A stretch of DNA of 64,000 nucleotides from a virus (lineage: Duplodnaviria > Caudoviricetes): IMG/VR virus record IMGVR_UViG_3300032282_005433, positions 462 through 64,461 of that record; one strand, 5' to 3'. The notes below the pieces were generated by a model that was given only the letters and a program-made list of their open reading frames with translations, did not search any database and was not told the origin of the DNA. Positions 10,155 to 19,984 of the stretch are shown one piece after another; the stretch's first letter is position 1, and every line of letters begins with the position of its first letter. A program made the translations under genes and the position numbers.

Positions 10155-11270
10155 TTATATTACATATATTTGTCTTGGGAAAGCCCTAAACTTCATTTGT
10201 TTATTTAAATTTTCCGCAATTAAAGCCTCTTTTTCCATTTGTTTTTCAGGCCTTAATCTTTCAAGTCGTAATTTTAATTCTTCTTCTAATTTTGTTTTTT
10301 CATCTTTTCCTTCTGTTAAAAGACTGGTATAATCCATTGTAATTTCGGAATCAGGTGTTTTTAAGTTACCACTATATTTTCCTCTAACTCTACCTAGCGT
10401 TTCTTTAACGTATGCGGTAAACCATCTTCTTACCCATTGTTGTGCCGGCACATTTAAGTCCACCCAATTTAATTCTTCAAGAGGAACATCAGAAGGTAAT
10501 TTTATTACATCTTTATTTTGTTTTAAACACGCTGCTCTATCGTCAGGTCCTACATCATAATACCAATACCAAACAGCCTTTCCTACGTACATACTATAAT
10601 TATTCCAATTAAATCTTCCTCCAGGTGTATTATATAACATAACATTTTTCTTACCATCAGGTAATCCTGTAACTCTATATGTTAATGAGCCACCTAATAT
10701 TCTGTTAAGAATATTGGCTTCTTGCATTCTGATTAAATAATCAAATCCTGACATCATATAATAAGAACCTTGATTACCCATTTGAGCAAATCCTGCTTGG
10801 TCACCACCAAGTCCTATACCACCACCAACACCAGCAAACCCACCCAAACCAAATGCGGTCCAAGCCTGATTACTAAACCAAAGAAGTTCATTTATTTCTC
10901 TACCAGCAGGTATTTCGTAATTCTGTGTGTTGGCACTTAATACAAAATAATCCTTTTTTAAAACCCACGGACCCATTGTTTGTAAACCAACAATTTTTGA
11001 ATATGAATAAGCAAACTGTTGTTCAAAATCCATAGTTCTTGTTATCAACGCATTTGCTACGGATTTTTCAGACATATTTAAGTTAACTAAATTAACCCAT
11101 TGACTTTCTATGAGCCAATCTAAAGTATATTGTTCATAGTCTTGAATAGAAAGTTCCATTAAAGAATCCATCATTTCATCTTCAATTTCAACACTTCTTA
11201 ATGGAGCCCCCAATAAATGTCTAACTCTTGTATATATTTTCGACCTTTCTGGTTCTGGTATTACAGGCAT
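10155..11270 (-). CDS. neck/head-tail adaptor protein (T4 gp13-like)
   Basis: Start reassigned to ATG at 11270 (MPVIPEPERS). LGAP...VEI and W.R.W.TA..KE.LGR.RGKY.G patterns; Gly-rich insert. Confidence 0.7.
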   Translation of the reverse strand: MPVIPEPERSKIYTRVRHLLGAPLRSVEIEDEMMDSLMELSIQDYEQYTLDWLIESQWVNLVNLNMSEKSVANALITRTMDFEQQFAYSYSKIVGLQTMGPWVLKKDYFVLSANTQNYEIPAGREINELLWFSNQAWTAFGLGGFAGVGGGIGLGGDQAGFAQMGNQGSYYMMSGFDYLIRMQEANILNRILGGSLTYRVTGLPDGKKNVMLYNTPGGRFNWNNYSMYVGKAVWYWYYDVGPDDRAACLKQNKDVIKLPSDVPLEELNWVDLNVPAQQWVRRWFTAYVKETLGRVRGKYSGNLKTPDSEITMDYTSLLTEGKDEKTKLEEELKLRLERLRPEKQMEKEALIAENLNKQMKFRAFPRQIYVI

Positions 11271-11283
11271 ATCTTTTTTTATA

Positions 11284-11290
11284 ATAAATA
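11284..11290 (-). promoter_or_regulatory. TATTTAT upstream motif (minus strand)
   Basis: ATAAATA on the plus strand, 13 nt before the neck-gene ATG; shows that the motif follows gene orientation. Confidence 0.55.
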
Positions 11291-11333
11291 TCATCAATAA
11301 TGTTCTATTTCACATATTGACTATGACATATAA

Positions 11334-13091
11334 TTATTGTCTTAACTCATTAATTCTTTGTAATATTTCTTCAGCTGCGTTTGCGGAGTTTTGATTATCC
11401 CCCATTACTGTGGCAATTACTTGTTTTTTATTATTTAATATGTCGTATATGACACCTTCAATTGTATTTTCAAATATCGGGTAGTAAACCAAAACATTAT
11501 TTTTTTGACCGTATCTATAACTACGGTCTTCTGCTTGTGAGTGGTCTGAAGGTAAAAAAGATAAATCATTCATTATGACAGCTTCAGCGGCTGTTAGTGT
11601 AATACCAACACCTGCCGCTTTAATATTACCAACAAATACTTTTATTTTTTCATTTTCTTGAAATTGGTCAACGCTGTTTTGTTTTTCTATTTTTGACATT
11701 GTCCCATTTAACTTAACGGCAATTTTACCAAAGTGTTGGGTTATCTTTTCTAAAGATTCTGTAAAATTACAAAATATGATTACTTTTTTTCCTTGTTCAA
11801 TAATATTTTCAGCCAATTCAATTGTCTGTTCTATTTTTTCATTGGCGATGATTTGTCGTATCTTTGTAAGTTTTGTAAATTGAATTGTTAATGATTTTGA
11901 TTCTTCAGGATTTTTATCATACCAATCATAATATTCACCCATAACTTCTTCATATTCTTTAGATTTTAATCTAAGATAGATTGGTGTGATTATTTTTTCA
12001 GGTAAATCAAGAACATCTTCTTTTAATCTTCTTAAGATTGTTGGAGCTGTCCTATCTCTTAATTCTTCCAAATTTGATGCTCCAACAACGTTCCAAACTT
12101 TTCTACCCCCGACATTAAATTGATATCCTTGACAATATCTAATGGCATAAGCCATCCAATTTTTTGCGGTAGGAGAATCAACCAAACTTAATAAATTAAA
12201 ATAATCAATAGGTCTAGATGTCATCGGTGTACCCGATAATAACCATAACCTGTCAATATTTTTTACAAAATCATTAATTAGTTTTGTTCTTTGTGCTGTA
12301 ACATTTTTGATATAGTGTGCTTCATCAATAATAACCAAATCAAAATTGGCTCTAACAATTTCTGACTTATCTTTCTTTTTAATTTCATGGAAGTTTTTTA
12401 TTATGTCGTAATTTATAATAACAAAATCGTGTTCTGTACTAAAGTTTTTACCTTCAGAAATAAACACCGACTTATCTGTATAATTTTCAATCTCTCTTTT
12501 CCAATTTATTTTTAAAGTTGCCGGACAAATTATCAGAACTTTTTTTACGCCAGACTCTAAAGCCGCAATAATTGTACTGGTGGTTTTTCCAAGACCCATA
12601 TCATCGGCCAAAATAAATTTTTTATTTTCAACTAACTTTTGAATCGCTTCTTTTTGATGTGGTAATGGAGGACGATTAGAATATTTTTCATAATTAATGA
12701 CAACATCTTTTACTGTGTTATCTTTAATAATTGATGCCTTTGGTAACCAAAAATCGTGAAGTTGTTCTGTTTCAAAAACTTTTCCCCAAACATGGTAAGC
12801 CTTTTCTTTATCTGCTAATAATTTTTCAATCCAAACTTTTTCAGGTATTTGTGTATATAATTTATCATCAGCCAATTTTTGTGCAAAATATGTATCTAAT
12901 ATTACCCACTTTTTTGCAACCTTTGGGGGATTGTCGTGAAAATTAATTATATATTCAGACTGACTTCTTGTTGGATAAAACTTTTTATTAATTTGAGATT
13001 TTCTTTTTAATTCAAAGATATAGTTATTACCTCCATCATATGTTTCAAGGATGGACATTGCTTTTGACTCTAAACTTATTTCTTTATTCAT
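11334..13091 (-). CDS. SNF2-family (SMARCAL1/HARP-like) ATPase/helicase
   Basis: LADDMGLGKT, IIDEAH, LSGTP, GVGITL, QAEDR..R.GQ motifs. Confidence 0.9.
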   Translation of the reverse strand: MNKEISLESKAMSILETYDGGNNYIFELKRKSQINKKFYPTRSQSEYIINFHDNPPKVAKKWVILDTYFAQKLADDKLYTQIPEKVWIEKLLADKEKAYHVWGKVFETEQLHDFWLPKASIIKDNTVKDVVINYEKYSNRPPLPHQKEAIQKLVENKKFILADDMGLGKTTSTIIAALESGVKKVLIICPATLKINWKREIENYTDKSVFISEGKNFSTEHDFVIINYDIIKNFHEIKKKDKSEIVRANFDLVIIDEAHYIKNVTAQRTKLINDFVKNIDRLWLLSGTPMTSRPIDYFNLLSLVDSPTAKNWMAYAIRYCQGYQFNVGGRKVWNVVGASNLEELRDRTAPTILRRLKEDVLDLPEKIITPIYLRLKSKEYEEVMGEYYDWYDKNPEESKSLTIQFTKLTKIRQIIANEKIEQTIELAENIIEQGKKVIIFCNFTESLEKITQHFGKIAVKLNGTMSKIEKQNSVDQFQENEKIKVFVGNIKAAGVGITLTAAEAVIMNDLSFLPSDHSQAEDRSYRYGQKNNVLVYYPIFENTIEGVIYDILNNKKQVIATVMGDNQNSANAAEEILQRINELRQ

Positions 13092-13492
13092 TAAATTAAT
13101 TTAGTATGAGGCCTATCTTTCCAATAAAATTCATCACCATAAAAAACAAAAATTTCTTCGTCTGATTGAATGTCTTTAATTGAAAAAAATTCAAGTGTTT
13201 TGTTTATGTAGTTTGCCTTCCACCTTGCACTTGGATTAGTACTATGGTTATAAAGACTACCAAATCCTAAACAAATAACTTGTTCTGTCCATTGATTAGT
13301 TTCTGGAGGCCAATTAAATGTGTAGTCAAATAAAATATTATTATTAATATATTCTTGAGGTGTAACATCTAAACGTATCAAAGGGCATTCTTCTATTAAT
13401 TCTCCTTTTTTTATGAATTTAGATGAAAAAACCCCCAATCCATGTATAGTACTTTTAGATACATATGTTTTATTTGACGGTAAAATCTTCAT
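13091..13492 (-). CDS. SET-domain protein lysine methyltransferase
   Basis: Start reassigned to ATG at 13492 (MKILPSNK). S.IHG.GVF...I.KGE.IE, YNHS..P, I.DI...EEI...YG motifs; TAATG overlap with the SNF2 start. Confidence 0.9.
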   Translation of the reverse strand: MKILPSNKTYVSKSTIHGLGVFSSKFIKKGELIEECPLIRLDVTPQEYINNNILFDYTFNWPPETNQWTEQVICLGFGSLYNHSTNPSARWKANYINKTLEFFSIKDIQSDEEIFVFYGDEFYWKDRPHTKLI

Positions 13493-13522
13493 AAAAAACT
13501 TTGAGTTAATTATAACAATAAT

Positions 13523-13536
13523 TTGAATATTTATCA
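13523..13536 (+). promoter_or_regulatory. TTGAATATTTATCA element containing TATTTAT
   Basis: An identical 14-mer occurs at 15767-15780; both precede tail/neck genes. Confidence 0.6.
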
Positions 13537-13558
13537 ATAAGGAAAAAATAAACATAAT

Positions 13559-14071
13559 ATGCAAAAATTAGTTCCAGTAACACGTCTCGGTAAATTCTTT
13601 GGTGATGAAGATTATAATTTAGATATTAATATGGGTGAAGAATGGTTGTTGGGAGATATGAATTTTACAATAATATTGTATCGTGTTGATAGGTATAAAA
13701 CAAAAACGGATGATGTTTATGGTGAAGCATTAAAAGACGGAATTCAATTTTTGTCCCCTATTGAACTTAAAGGTTATGTTCAGATTATGGCTCCAACAAA
13801 TCAAAAACTTGGAACTTCAAAAGTTCAACAAGATGAGCCAGGAAATTTAAGATTCTCTATTTATCAACAAACCCTTAGTGAAATGGATGTTGATATTCAG
13901 TTTGGAGATTATATTGGATATTATGAAAATGAGAAAAAGGTAAGATACTATAGTGTGTCTGATGATGGTAGGGTGGTTTCAGATAATAAACATAACTATG
14001 GAGGTGTTCGTCCTTTTTATAGAACGGTTATAGCAACTCCTGTAAATGAAAACGAATTTAGAGGAATATAA
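13559..14071 (+). CDS. neck/head-closure protein (T4 gp14-like)
   Basis: I.LYRVD...T..DDVYGEA..., P.EL.G, DI..GD.I pattern; located upstream of the terminator and sheath genes. Confidence 0.55.
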   Translation: MQKLVPVTRLGKFFGDEDYNLDINMGEEWLLGDMNFTIILYRVDRYKTKTDDVYGEALKDGIQFLSPIELKGYVQIMAPTNQKLGTSKVQQDEPGNLRFSIYQQTLSEMDVDIQFGDYIGYYENEKKVRYYSVSDDGRVVSDNKHNYGGVRPFYRTVIATPVNENEFRGI

Positions 14072-14077
14072 AATATT

Positions 14078-14491
14078 ATGAAAATTGTTATTAACGAATC
14101 TCAATTTGATTCTTTATTTATAGGTAAAAAAGTTATGGTTTATTATAATCTACATAAACATACTTTTTCGGTAACATATGACGGTAAAGTTATTATGCAT
14201 GCCGATTATGTTAAACTTGGCGATGTTGAGTTTAGAGTTAGACAAGGGGGTAAAGAAAAAGTTAGGGTTGAAAAAAGTAAAAATGTTCATGCCTTTGTAA
14301 TAGGTAAATTATTAGATTATTGTGAATTTCCTTGTGATGATTTACCTGTAAATACATTTGGAAAAATTGTAACATACAATCCTTATATGTTTGATAGTTT
14401 TGTATATAAAGATAATCAAGAACCAGTTTATTCTGCAAATGAAGTTAATATGATAAATTCTAAAGATAAAATATTTGTAACAAAAAAATAA
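14078..14491 (+). CDS. conserved phage hypothetical protein
   Basis: VYYNLHK..FSV, F.V...G..KV.....KNVHAFV.G and YNPY patterns, behind a short MKIVINESQF leader. Confidence 0.6.
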   Translation: MKIVINESQFDSLFIGKKVMVYYNLHKHTFSVTYDGKVIMHADYVKLGDVEFRVRQGGKEKVRVEKSKNVHAFVIGKLLDYCEFPCDDLPVNTFGKIVTYNPYMFDSFVYKDNQEPVYSANEVNMINSKDKIFVTKK

Positions 14492-14493
14492 TT

Positions 14494-15534
14494 ATGGGGT
14501 TTCCAAAACAAATAAAAAAAACATTGCCGTTAGTTCCAAAAAAAGAACTATCTGAACGCAGACATCAATTATTAGAATATATTAATAAGGATGGAACGTA
14601 TCTACCTAAATCAGTATTGCATGCAGATTTGGATAGAGGAATGTTAGATTTTGTTAAAAACGATTTAGCAGTTGTAAGTGAGGGTGCAATTGTGCCTATG
14701 ATTGATATTATGATTACAACACAAAACTGGTCTCAGTTTGCGGAAACAGGAACTTTTCAAGATAACGATTTAAATGTTAAACTCCCATTTATAACTGTTG
14801 TTAGAAGTCCCGAAGTTAAATACGGAACAAACCCGTCACTTCAATATACAATACCAAATAGAAAACAATTTTATTACGCATCAGTTCCAACTTGGGACGG
14901 AAACAGACAAGGTATGGATATATACACAATACCACAACCTGTACCTGTAGATATTAATTATAGTGTAAAAATTATTTGTAATAGGATGAGAGAATTAAAT
15001 CAACTTAATAAAGTTGTTTTACAAAAATTTTCTTCAAGACAATCATACACTTTTATTAAAGGACAATACGTTCCAATAATAATGAATAATATTTCTGACG
15101 AATCTGTTATGGATTTAGACAAAAGAAAATATTATATACAAAATTATGATTTTACAATGTTGGGATATCTAATTGATGAAGAAGAGTTTCAAGTTAAACC
15201 CGCCATTTCAAGAGTGGTTCAATTATTTGAATTTGATACAAGTACATTAAAAAAGAAACCTTTGAGGTTTCCTGAAAATCCTGACGAATTTAAATTAGAT
15301 TTTTTATTTGTCGTTGGTAATAATATATTAAGCGATGTTACGGATTTTACCGCAAATATGAATTTAGTATCAACAGAGAATGTTGACTCATTTGATGTTT
15401 ATATAAATAACAATTATTATGGTAGTGACGTAGAAATAATTCAAATTACAACAAACGATATTCTAAGAATTGAAGTAACCAAAAATGATGATACAAAAGA
15501 TGCAACAATTATTTATAATTGTAAGTTAGTTTAA
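14494..15534 (+). CDS. tail terminator/sheath stabiliser (T4 gp15-like)
   Basis: LP.ITV.R and P.PV.VDINY.V.I...RM.ELNQL patterns; just upstream of the sheath gene. Confidence 0.55.
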   Translation: MGFPKQIKKTLPLVPKKELSERRHQLLEYINKDGTYLPKSVLHADLDRGMLDFVKNDLAVVSEGAIVPMIDIMITTQNWSQFAETGTFQDNDLNVKLPFITVVRSPEVKYGTNPSLQYTIPNRKQFYYASVPTWDGNRQGMDIYTIPQPVPVDINYSVKIICNRMRELNQLNKVVLQKFSSRQSYTFIKGQYVPIIMNNISDESVMDLDKRKYYIQNYDFTMLGYLIDEEEFQVKPAISRVVQLFEFDTSTLKKKPLRFPENPDEFKLDFLFVVGNNILSDVTDFTANMNLVSTENVDSFDVYINNNYYGSDVEIIQITTNDILRIEVTKNDDTKDATIIYNCKLV

Positions 15535-15692
15535 TTCTCACCATAGATATCTTTCTTCTCTTTACACTTTTCAAAAATCAAATTTTCCAAAAATTTATAA
15601 ATCTTAATACCCCTCTTATCACAGTATTTTTTTAACACATCATGTGATTCTGGGGATATTTTAATGTTCTTTATTTCCTTCTTTACTTTCAT
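15531..15692 (-). CDS. small ribbon-helix-helix-like DNA-binding protein
   Basis: 53 aa from ATG at 15692: alternating strand KNIKIS followed by two amphipathic helices (PESHDVLKKYCDKRG, IYKFLENLIFEKC). Confidence 0.55.
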   Translation of the reverse strand: MKVKKEIKNIKISPESHDVLKKYCDKRGIKIYKFLENLIFEKCKEKKDIYGEN

Positions 15693-15766
15693 AGGTAGAA
15701 AAAAGGCAGAATTTATTCTCACCATTTACAAATATATATTTAAAAGTCAAGTTTTTTCACATTCTA

Positions 15767-15780
15767 TTGAATATTTATCA
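15767..15780 (+). promoter_or_regulatory. TTGAATATTTATCA element upstream of the sheath gene
   Basis: Second copy of the 14-mer at 13523. Confidence 0.6.
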
Positions 15781-15812
15781 TTAAAATAAATCCATAATAG
15801 AATTATTAAATA

Positions 15813-18800
15813 ATGGCAACAGCACAAGCAAATCAAAAAGTATATGTATCACCAGGCGTATACACTTCTGAGACAGATTTATCATTTGTAGCTCAAAGTG
15901 TCGGTGTTACTACGTTAGGTTTAGTAGGGGAAACTATAAAAGGTCCTGCATTCGAACCAATCTTTATCACTAATTACAATGAATTCCAAGCTTACTTTGG
16001 GGGCACAGAGCCCGTTAAGTTTGTGAATACTCAAATTCCTAAATACGAAGCGGCATATATTGCCAAATCTTATTTACAACAATCAAATCAATTATTTGTA
16101 ACCAGGATTTTAGGATTATCTGGTTATGACGCTGGTCCTTCGTGGAGTCTTAGTTTGATTGCTAATGTTGACCCAACAACAATCGATATTGATTCTGCAA
16201 TATCTGTGGATACTTGGACAGCAAATTTTACAGGTAATTCATCGGCAAATACGTTATCATTCACAACTACTTTACCTAATGAAATTTTGGTTAACTTAAA
16301 CAAACAATATAGATTATCTGACGGTAGTGTATCGACACTATCTGAAGATTTTACTAATATAATTAATTCTATCTACGATAGTCCTCAAACATCGGCAACA
16401 ACTGTTGTTATGTATGGTGCAATACCTGAAGACGATTATACTGGACTTACAGCAACATATTCCGCAATTACTAATGTTTATGGATGTGATACAAATGATT
16501 TGGCAACAAATGATTTAACTGCATCTTCTAATGACCCTTGGTTTTACGCTAATTTTGACATTACAAGTGGTAATGATTATACAGGATATTCTTTTGATTA
16601 CGTTGTAACATCTTTAGTTTCTGGCGCATCAAGTACTTTTACCGGTACAATATCAGGAGCAACATATTCTTTCACAGGAACAGCTTATACTAATTTTAAT
16701 AATATGGTTGTTTCAACACTTCGTTCTAGAGGTATATCATTATATTCTAATAATAGTAGTAGTGTTGACCACGGACCTGTTTATGAAGTTAGTGGATTGA
16801 CTGATTTACAATTAGTTTGTAGTGGTCAGTATTCAGGTATAACTCAAAACCCATATGCAACATTTTTACTTTCAGGTATTACTAAAGATAGTAACACTTT
16901 CTCATTTGAAGTTTCAATGTTAGCATCTTCTTCAAAATATATTACAAAAGTTCTTGGCATTGATAACTTCGGTAAAAATAGAACTCAAGTTCCTATTTTT
17001 GTTGAGGAGTACTATCAAGCAACATTAAATTATGCATATAATAAAGGTTATATCCGTGGTTTAAAATGTGATTTAATTGCTCTTCCAGATGCAAGAAGTG
17101 AAAACCCTTCATCAATTGCTTGGAATTTGGAAAAATATCAATCTCCTGAAACACCTTTCTTAGTTTCAGAATTAAGAGGTAATAAGGTTTATAGATTATT
17201 TAAATTTATTTCAATATCTGATGGAGCAGCAGCGAATACAGAAATTAAAGTTTCAATCGCAAATCTATCATTTAATAATATGACATTTGATGTGTTAGTT
17301 AGAAATTTCTATGATACAGATGCAAATCCTGTAGTTATTGAAAAGTTCACAAATTGTACTATGGACCCAGGTTCAAATAGCTTTGTTGCTAAAAAAATAG
17401 GTTCTTCAAATGGTGAATTTGCTTTAATTTCAAAATACATTATGTTGGAAATGGCCGATGATTATCCTATTGATGCACTTCCTTGTGGATTTTATGGATA
17501 TATTCAAAGAGAATATGAGAGTGTTGATAACCCATCTCCATATCCTGTATATAAAACAAAATATTATTATCCTGGTGAAGTAGTATTTGACCCTCCATTT
17601 GGAACAAGTTCAGGAGGTTCTAATGCTGTTGAATCTGGTGGTGATATTGTTAGAAGAACTTATCTAGGATTTTCAAGTCAATTTGGAATTGATGAATCTT
17701 TCTTAGAATACAAGGGTAAACAAAATCCTGTAGTTGGATGGGCAGATGCAACTGATTCATTACCATGGAATTACCTAAGTAAAGGATTCCATATGGACTC
17801 AGGAGCTACTGTAGTTTCAATTTCTAATTCAGCTTTATTGACAAGTGGTGAAACTGCTTTTGAATGTGGAGTTGCCGATTTTAGATTTGACCCAGAAACT
17901 CAAGAAAATCCTTATTATTTTATTTACTCAAGAAAATATACAATATGTTTTGCTGGTGGATTTGACGGATGGGATATCTACAGAGAATATAGAACAAACC
18001 AAGATAGATTCCAATTAGGTGCTTCCGGTTATTTAGCAGGAGCAGCACCTTCAACAAGATACCCAACAGCAACAGGAGACGGAATGTTCAAGAGAATTGT
18101 TGTTCAAAATAATACTCAAGATTTCGCAAACTCTGACTACTACGCTTACTTACTTGGTATTTTAACTTTCGCAAATCCTGAAGCAACAAACATTAATGTT
18201 TTTGCAACTGCAAGTATTGATTATGTTAATAACTCTAATTTAGTAGAAGAGGCAATCAATATGATACAGTATCAAAGAGCGGATTCTGTGTATATTACAA
18301 CAACACCAGATTACAACATGTATACTCCTGATGGAACAAGTCAATATGACGTGATTTATCCACAAGAAGCTGTTGATAACCTCGATAACACAGGAATTGA
18401 TTCAAACTATACAGCAACTTACTATCCTTGGATACTTGTAAGAGATACTGTAAACAATACACAAATATATCTTCCACCAACAGGTGAAGTTTGTAGAAAC
18501 TTAGCATTAACAGATAACATTGCATTCCCTTGGTTCGCATCAGCGGGTTACACAAGAGGTCTTGTAAATTCAATTAAGGCTAGACGTAAGTTAACTCAAG
18601 AAGATAGAGATACACTTTATCAAGGTAGAATTAACCCAATCGCTACTTTCTCCGATGTAGGAACTGTAATTTGGGGTAACAAAACTTTACAAGTAACTGA
18701 ATCAGCATTAAATAGGTTGAATGTAAGAAGATTATTATTACAAGCTCGTAAATTAATATCTGCTGTAGCTGTAAGATTATTGTTTGAACAAAACGACCAA

Positions 18801-19022
18801 ATTGTTAGACAACAATTCTTAGATAGTGTTAATCCTATTTTGGATTCAATCAGAAGAGATAGAGGTCTTTACGATTTCCGTGTAACAGTTTCTTCTTCTC
18901 CAGAAGATTTGGATAGAAATACACTAACAGGTAAAATATATCTTAAACCTACGAAGGCGTTAGAATTCATTGATATTGAGTTCTTCATCACACCAACAGG
19001 TGCTTCGTTTGAAAATATCTAA
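15813..19022 (+). CDS. contractile tail sheath protein
   Basis: SPGVYTSETDLS, GET.KGPAFEP, YYPW, PWFA.AG..RG, INPI, IWG.KT, RLNVRRLL, P..ALEFI.I.F motifs. Confidence 0.95.
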   Translation: MATAQANQKVYVSPGVYTSETDLSFVAQSVGVTTLGLVGETIKGPAFEPIFITNYNEFQAYFGGTEPVKFVNTQIPKYEAAYIAKSYLQQSNQLFVTRILGLSGYDAGPSWSLSLIANVDPTTIDIDSAISVDTWTANFTGNSSANTLSFTTTLPNEILVNLNKQYRLSDGSVSTLSEDFTNIINSIYDSPQTSATTVVMYGAIPEDDYTGLTATYSAITNVYGCDTNDLATNDLTASSNDPWFYANFDITSGNDYTGYSFDYVVTSLVSGASSTFTGTISGATYSFTGTAYTNFNNMVVSTLRSRGISLYSNNSSSVDHGPVYEVSGLTDLQLVCSGQYSGITQNPYATFLLSGITKDSNTFSFEVSMLASSSKYITKVLGIDNFGKNRTQVPIFVEEYYQATLNYAYNKGYIRGLKCDLIALPDARSENPSSIAWNLEKYQSPETPFLVSELRGNKVYRLFKFISISDGAAANTEIKVSIANLSFNNMTFDVLVRNFYDTDANPVVIEKFTNCTMDPGSNSFVAKKIGSSNGEFALISKYIMLEMADDYPIDALPCGFYGYIQREYESVDNPSPYPVYKTKYYYPGEVVFDPPFGTSSGGSNAVESGGDIVRRTYLGFSSQFGIDESFLEYKGKQNPVVGWADATDSLPWNYLSKGFHMDSGATVVSISNSALLTSGETAFECGVADFRFDPETQENPYYFIYSRKYTICFAGGFDGWDIYREYRTNQDRFQLGASGYLAGAAPSTRYPTATGDGMFKRIVVQNNTQDFANSDYYAYLLGILTFANPEATNINVFATASIDYVNNSNLVEEAINMIQYQRADSVYITTTPDYNMYTPDGTSQYDVIYPQEAVDNLDNTGIDSNYTATYYPWILVRDTVNNTQIYLPPTGEVCRNLALTDNIAFPWFASAGYTRGLVNSIKARRKLTQEDRDTLYQGRINPIATFSDVGTVIWGNKTLQVTESALNRLNVRRLLLQARKLISAVAVRLLFEQNDQIVRQQFLDSVNPILDSIRRDRGLYDFRVTVSSSPEDLDRNTLTGKIYLKPTKALEFIDIEFFITPTGASFENI

Positions 19023-19029
19023 TAAAAAT

Positions 19030-19063
19030 AACTGGGGTACATTTTGTATCCCAGTTTTAATTT
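19030..19063 (+). terminator. intrinsic terminator-like hairpin after the sheath gene
   Basis: AACTGGGGTAC-ATTTT-GTATCCCAGTT followed by TTAATTT. Confidence 0.7.
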
Positions 19064-19066
19064 AAC

Positions 19067-19894
19067 ATGAGAAAAGAATTTAAAGAAGGTTTTAAAGAAG
19101 AAGGTACTCCTGATATGAAATATTATGCATTCGATTGGGATGATAATATTGTTCATATGCCAACAAAAATTATTCTAAAAAATGAAGAAGGTGATGAAGT
19201 CGGAATGAGTACTGAAGATTTTGCCGAATATAGAACAATGATTGGTAAAGAACCCTTTAATTATAATGGAGAAAAAATTGTAGGATTTGCTGAAAGTCCT
19301 TTTAGAAACTTTAGAACCGAAGGAGATAAAACTTTTCTGATTGATGCGATGAAAGCAAAACCAGGACCAGCATTTGATGATTTTAAAGAATCAATAAATA
19401 ATGGGTCGATTTTTTCTATAATCACCGCTAGAGGACATAATCCAAACACATTAAAACAAGCAATATACAATTATATTATTACGGGATTTAACGGAATTGA
19501 TAAAAATGAGTTAGTTAAAAACTTAAAAAAATATAGGTCTTTTGTGGATGAAGACGATATGTCAGATAATGAACTTATTAAATCTTATTTAGAACTTAAC
19601 AAATATCATCCTGTAACGTTTGGTGGAGGTTCTAGTGCTAACCCTGAAGAATTAAAGGTTATGGCAATGGATGATTTTGTATCATACATAAAAGGAATGG
19701 CGGCGTTATTAAATAAAAAGGCGTATTTAAAAAAAGATATTAGCAATAAATTTATACCAGATAAACCATTAATTGGATTTTCTGATGATGATATTAGAAA
19801 TGTTGAAGTAATGAATAAACATTTTAAAGATAAACCAGATAAACTAGTTAAGACTTATTCTACTGCCGGAGGAATTAAGAAGGAAGTTAAATAA
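19067..19894 (+). CDS. HAD-superfamily phosphatase
   Basis: Motif I FDWDDNI, motif II IITARG, motif III Lys (ELKV), motif IV GFSDDD. Confidence 0.7.
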   Translation: MRKEFKEGFKEEGTPDMKYYAFDWDDNIVHMPTKIILKNEEGDEVGMSTEDFAEYRTMIGKEPFNYNGEKIVGFAESPFRNFRTEGDKTFLIDAMKAKPGPAFDDFKESINNGSIFSIITARGHNPNTLKQAIYNYIITGFNGIDKNELVKNLKKYRSFVDEDDMSDNELIKSYLELNKYHPVTFGGGSSANPEELKVMAMDDFVSYIKGMAALLNKKAYLKKDISNKFIPDKPLIGFSDDDIRNVEVMNKHFKDKPDKLVKTYSTAGGIKKEVK

Positions 19895-19945
19895 GAAATA
19901 ATTTATTTAAAAATAAAGTAAATAGAAAAATTTTTAAGTACGATA

Positions 19946-19952
19946 TATTTAT
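19946..19952 (+). promoter_or_regulatory. TATTTAT upstream motif
   Basis: GATATATTTATAG upstream of the tube gene, followed by an A-rich leader. Confidence 0.6.
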
Positions 19953-19984
19953 AGAAATAAACAAAAAAACAAAATTATAATAAT

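Noticed and set aside
13493-13564. Hydrophobic N-terminal extension of the SET ORF as a signal or membrane anchor
   Set aside because: It is translated AT-rich intergenic DNA containing the divergent upstream motif and overlapping the opposite start; ATG at 13492 is more plausible.
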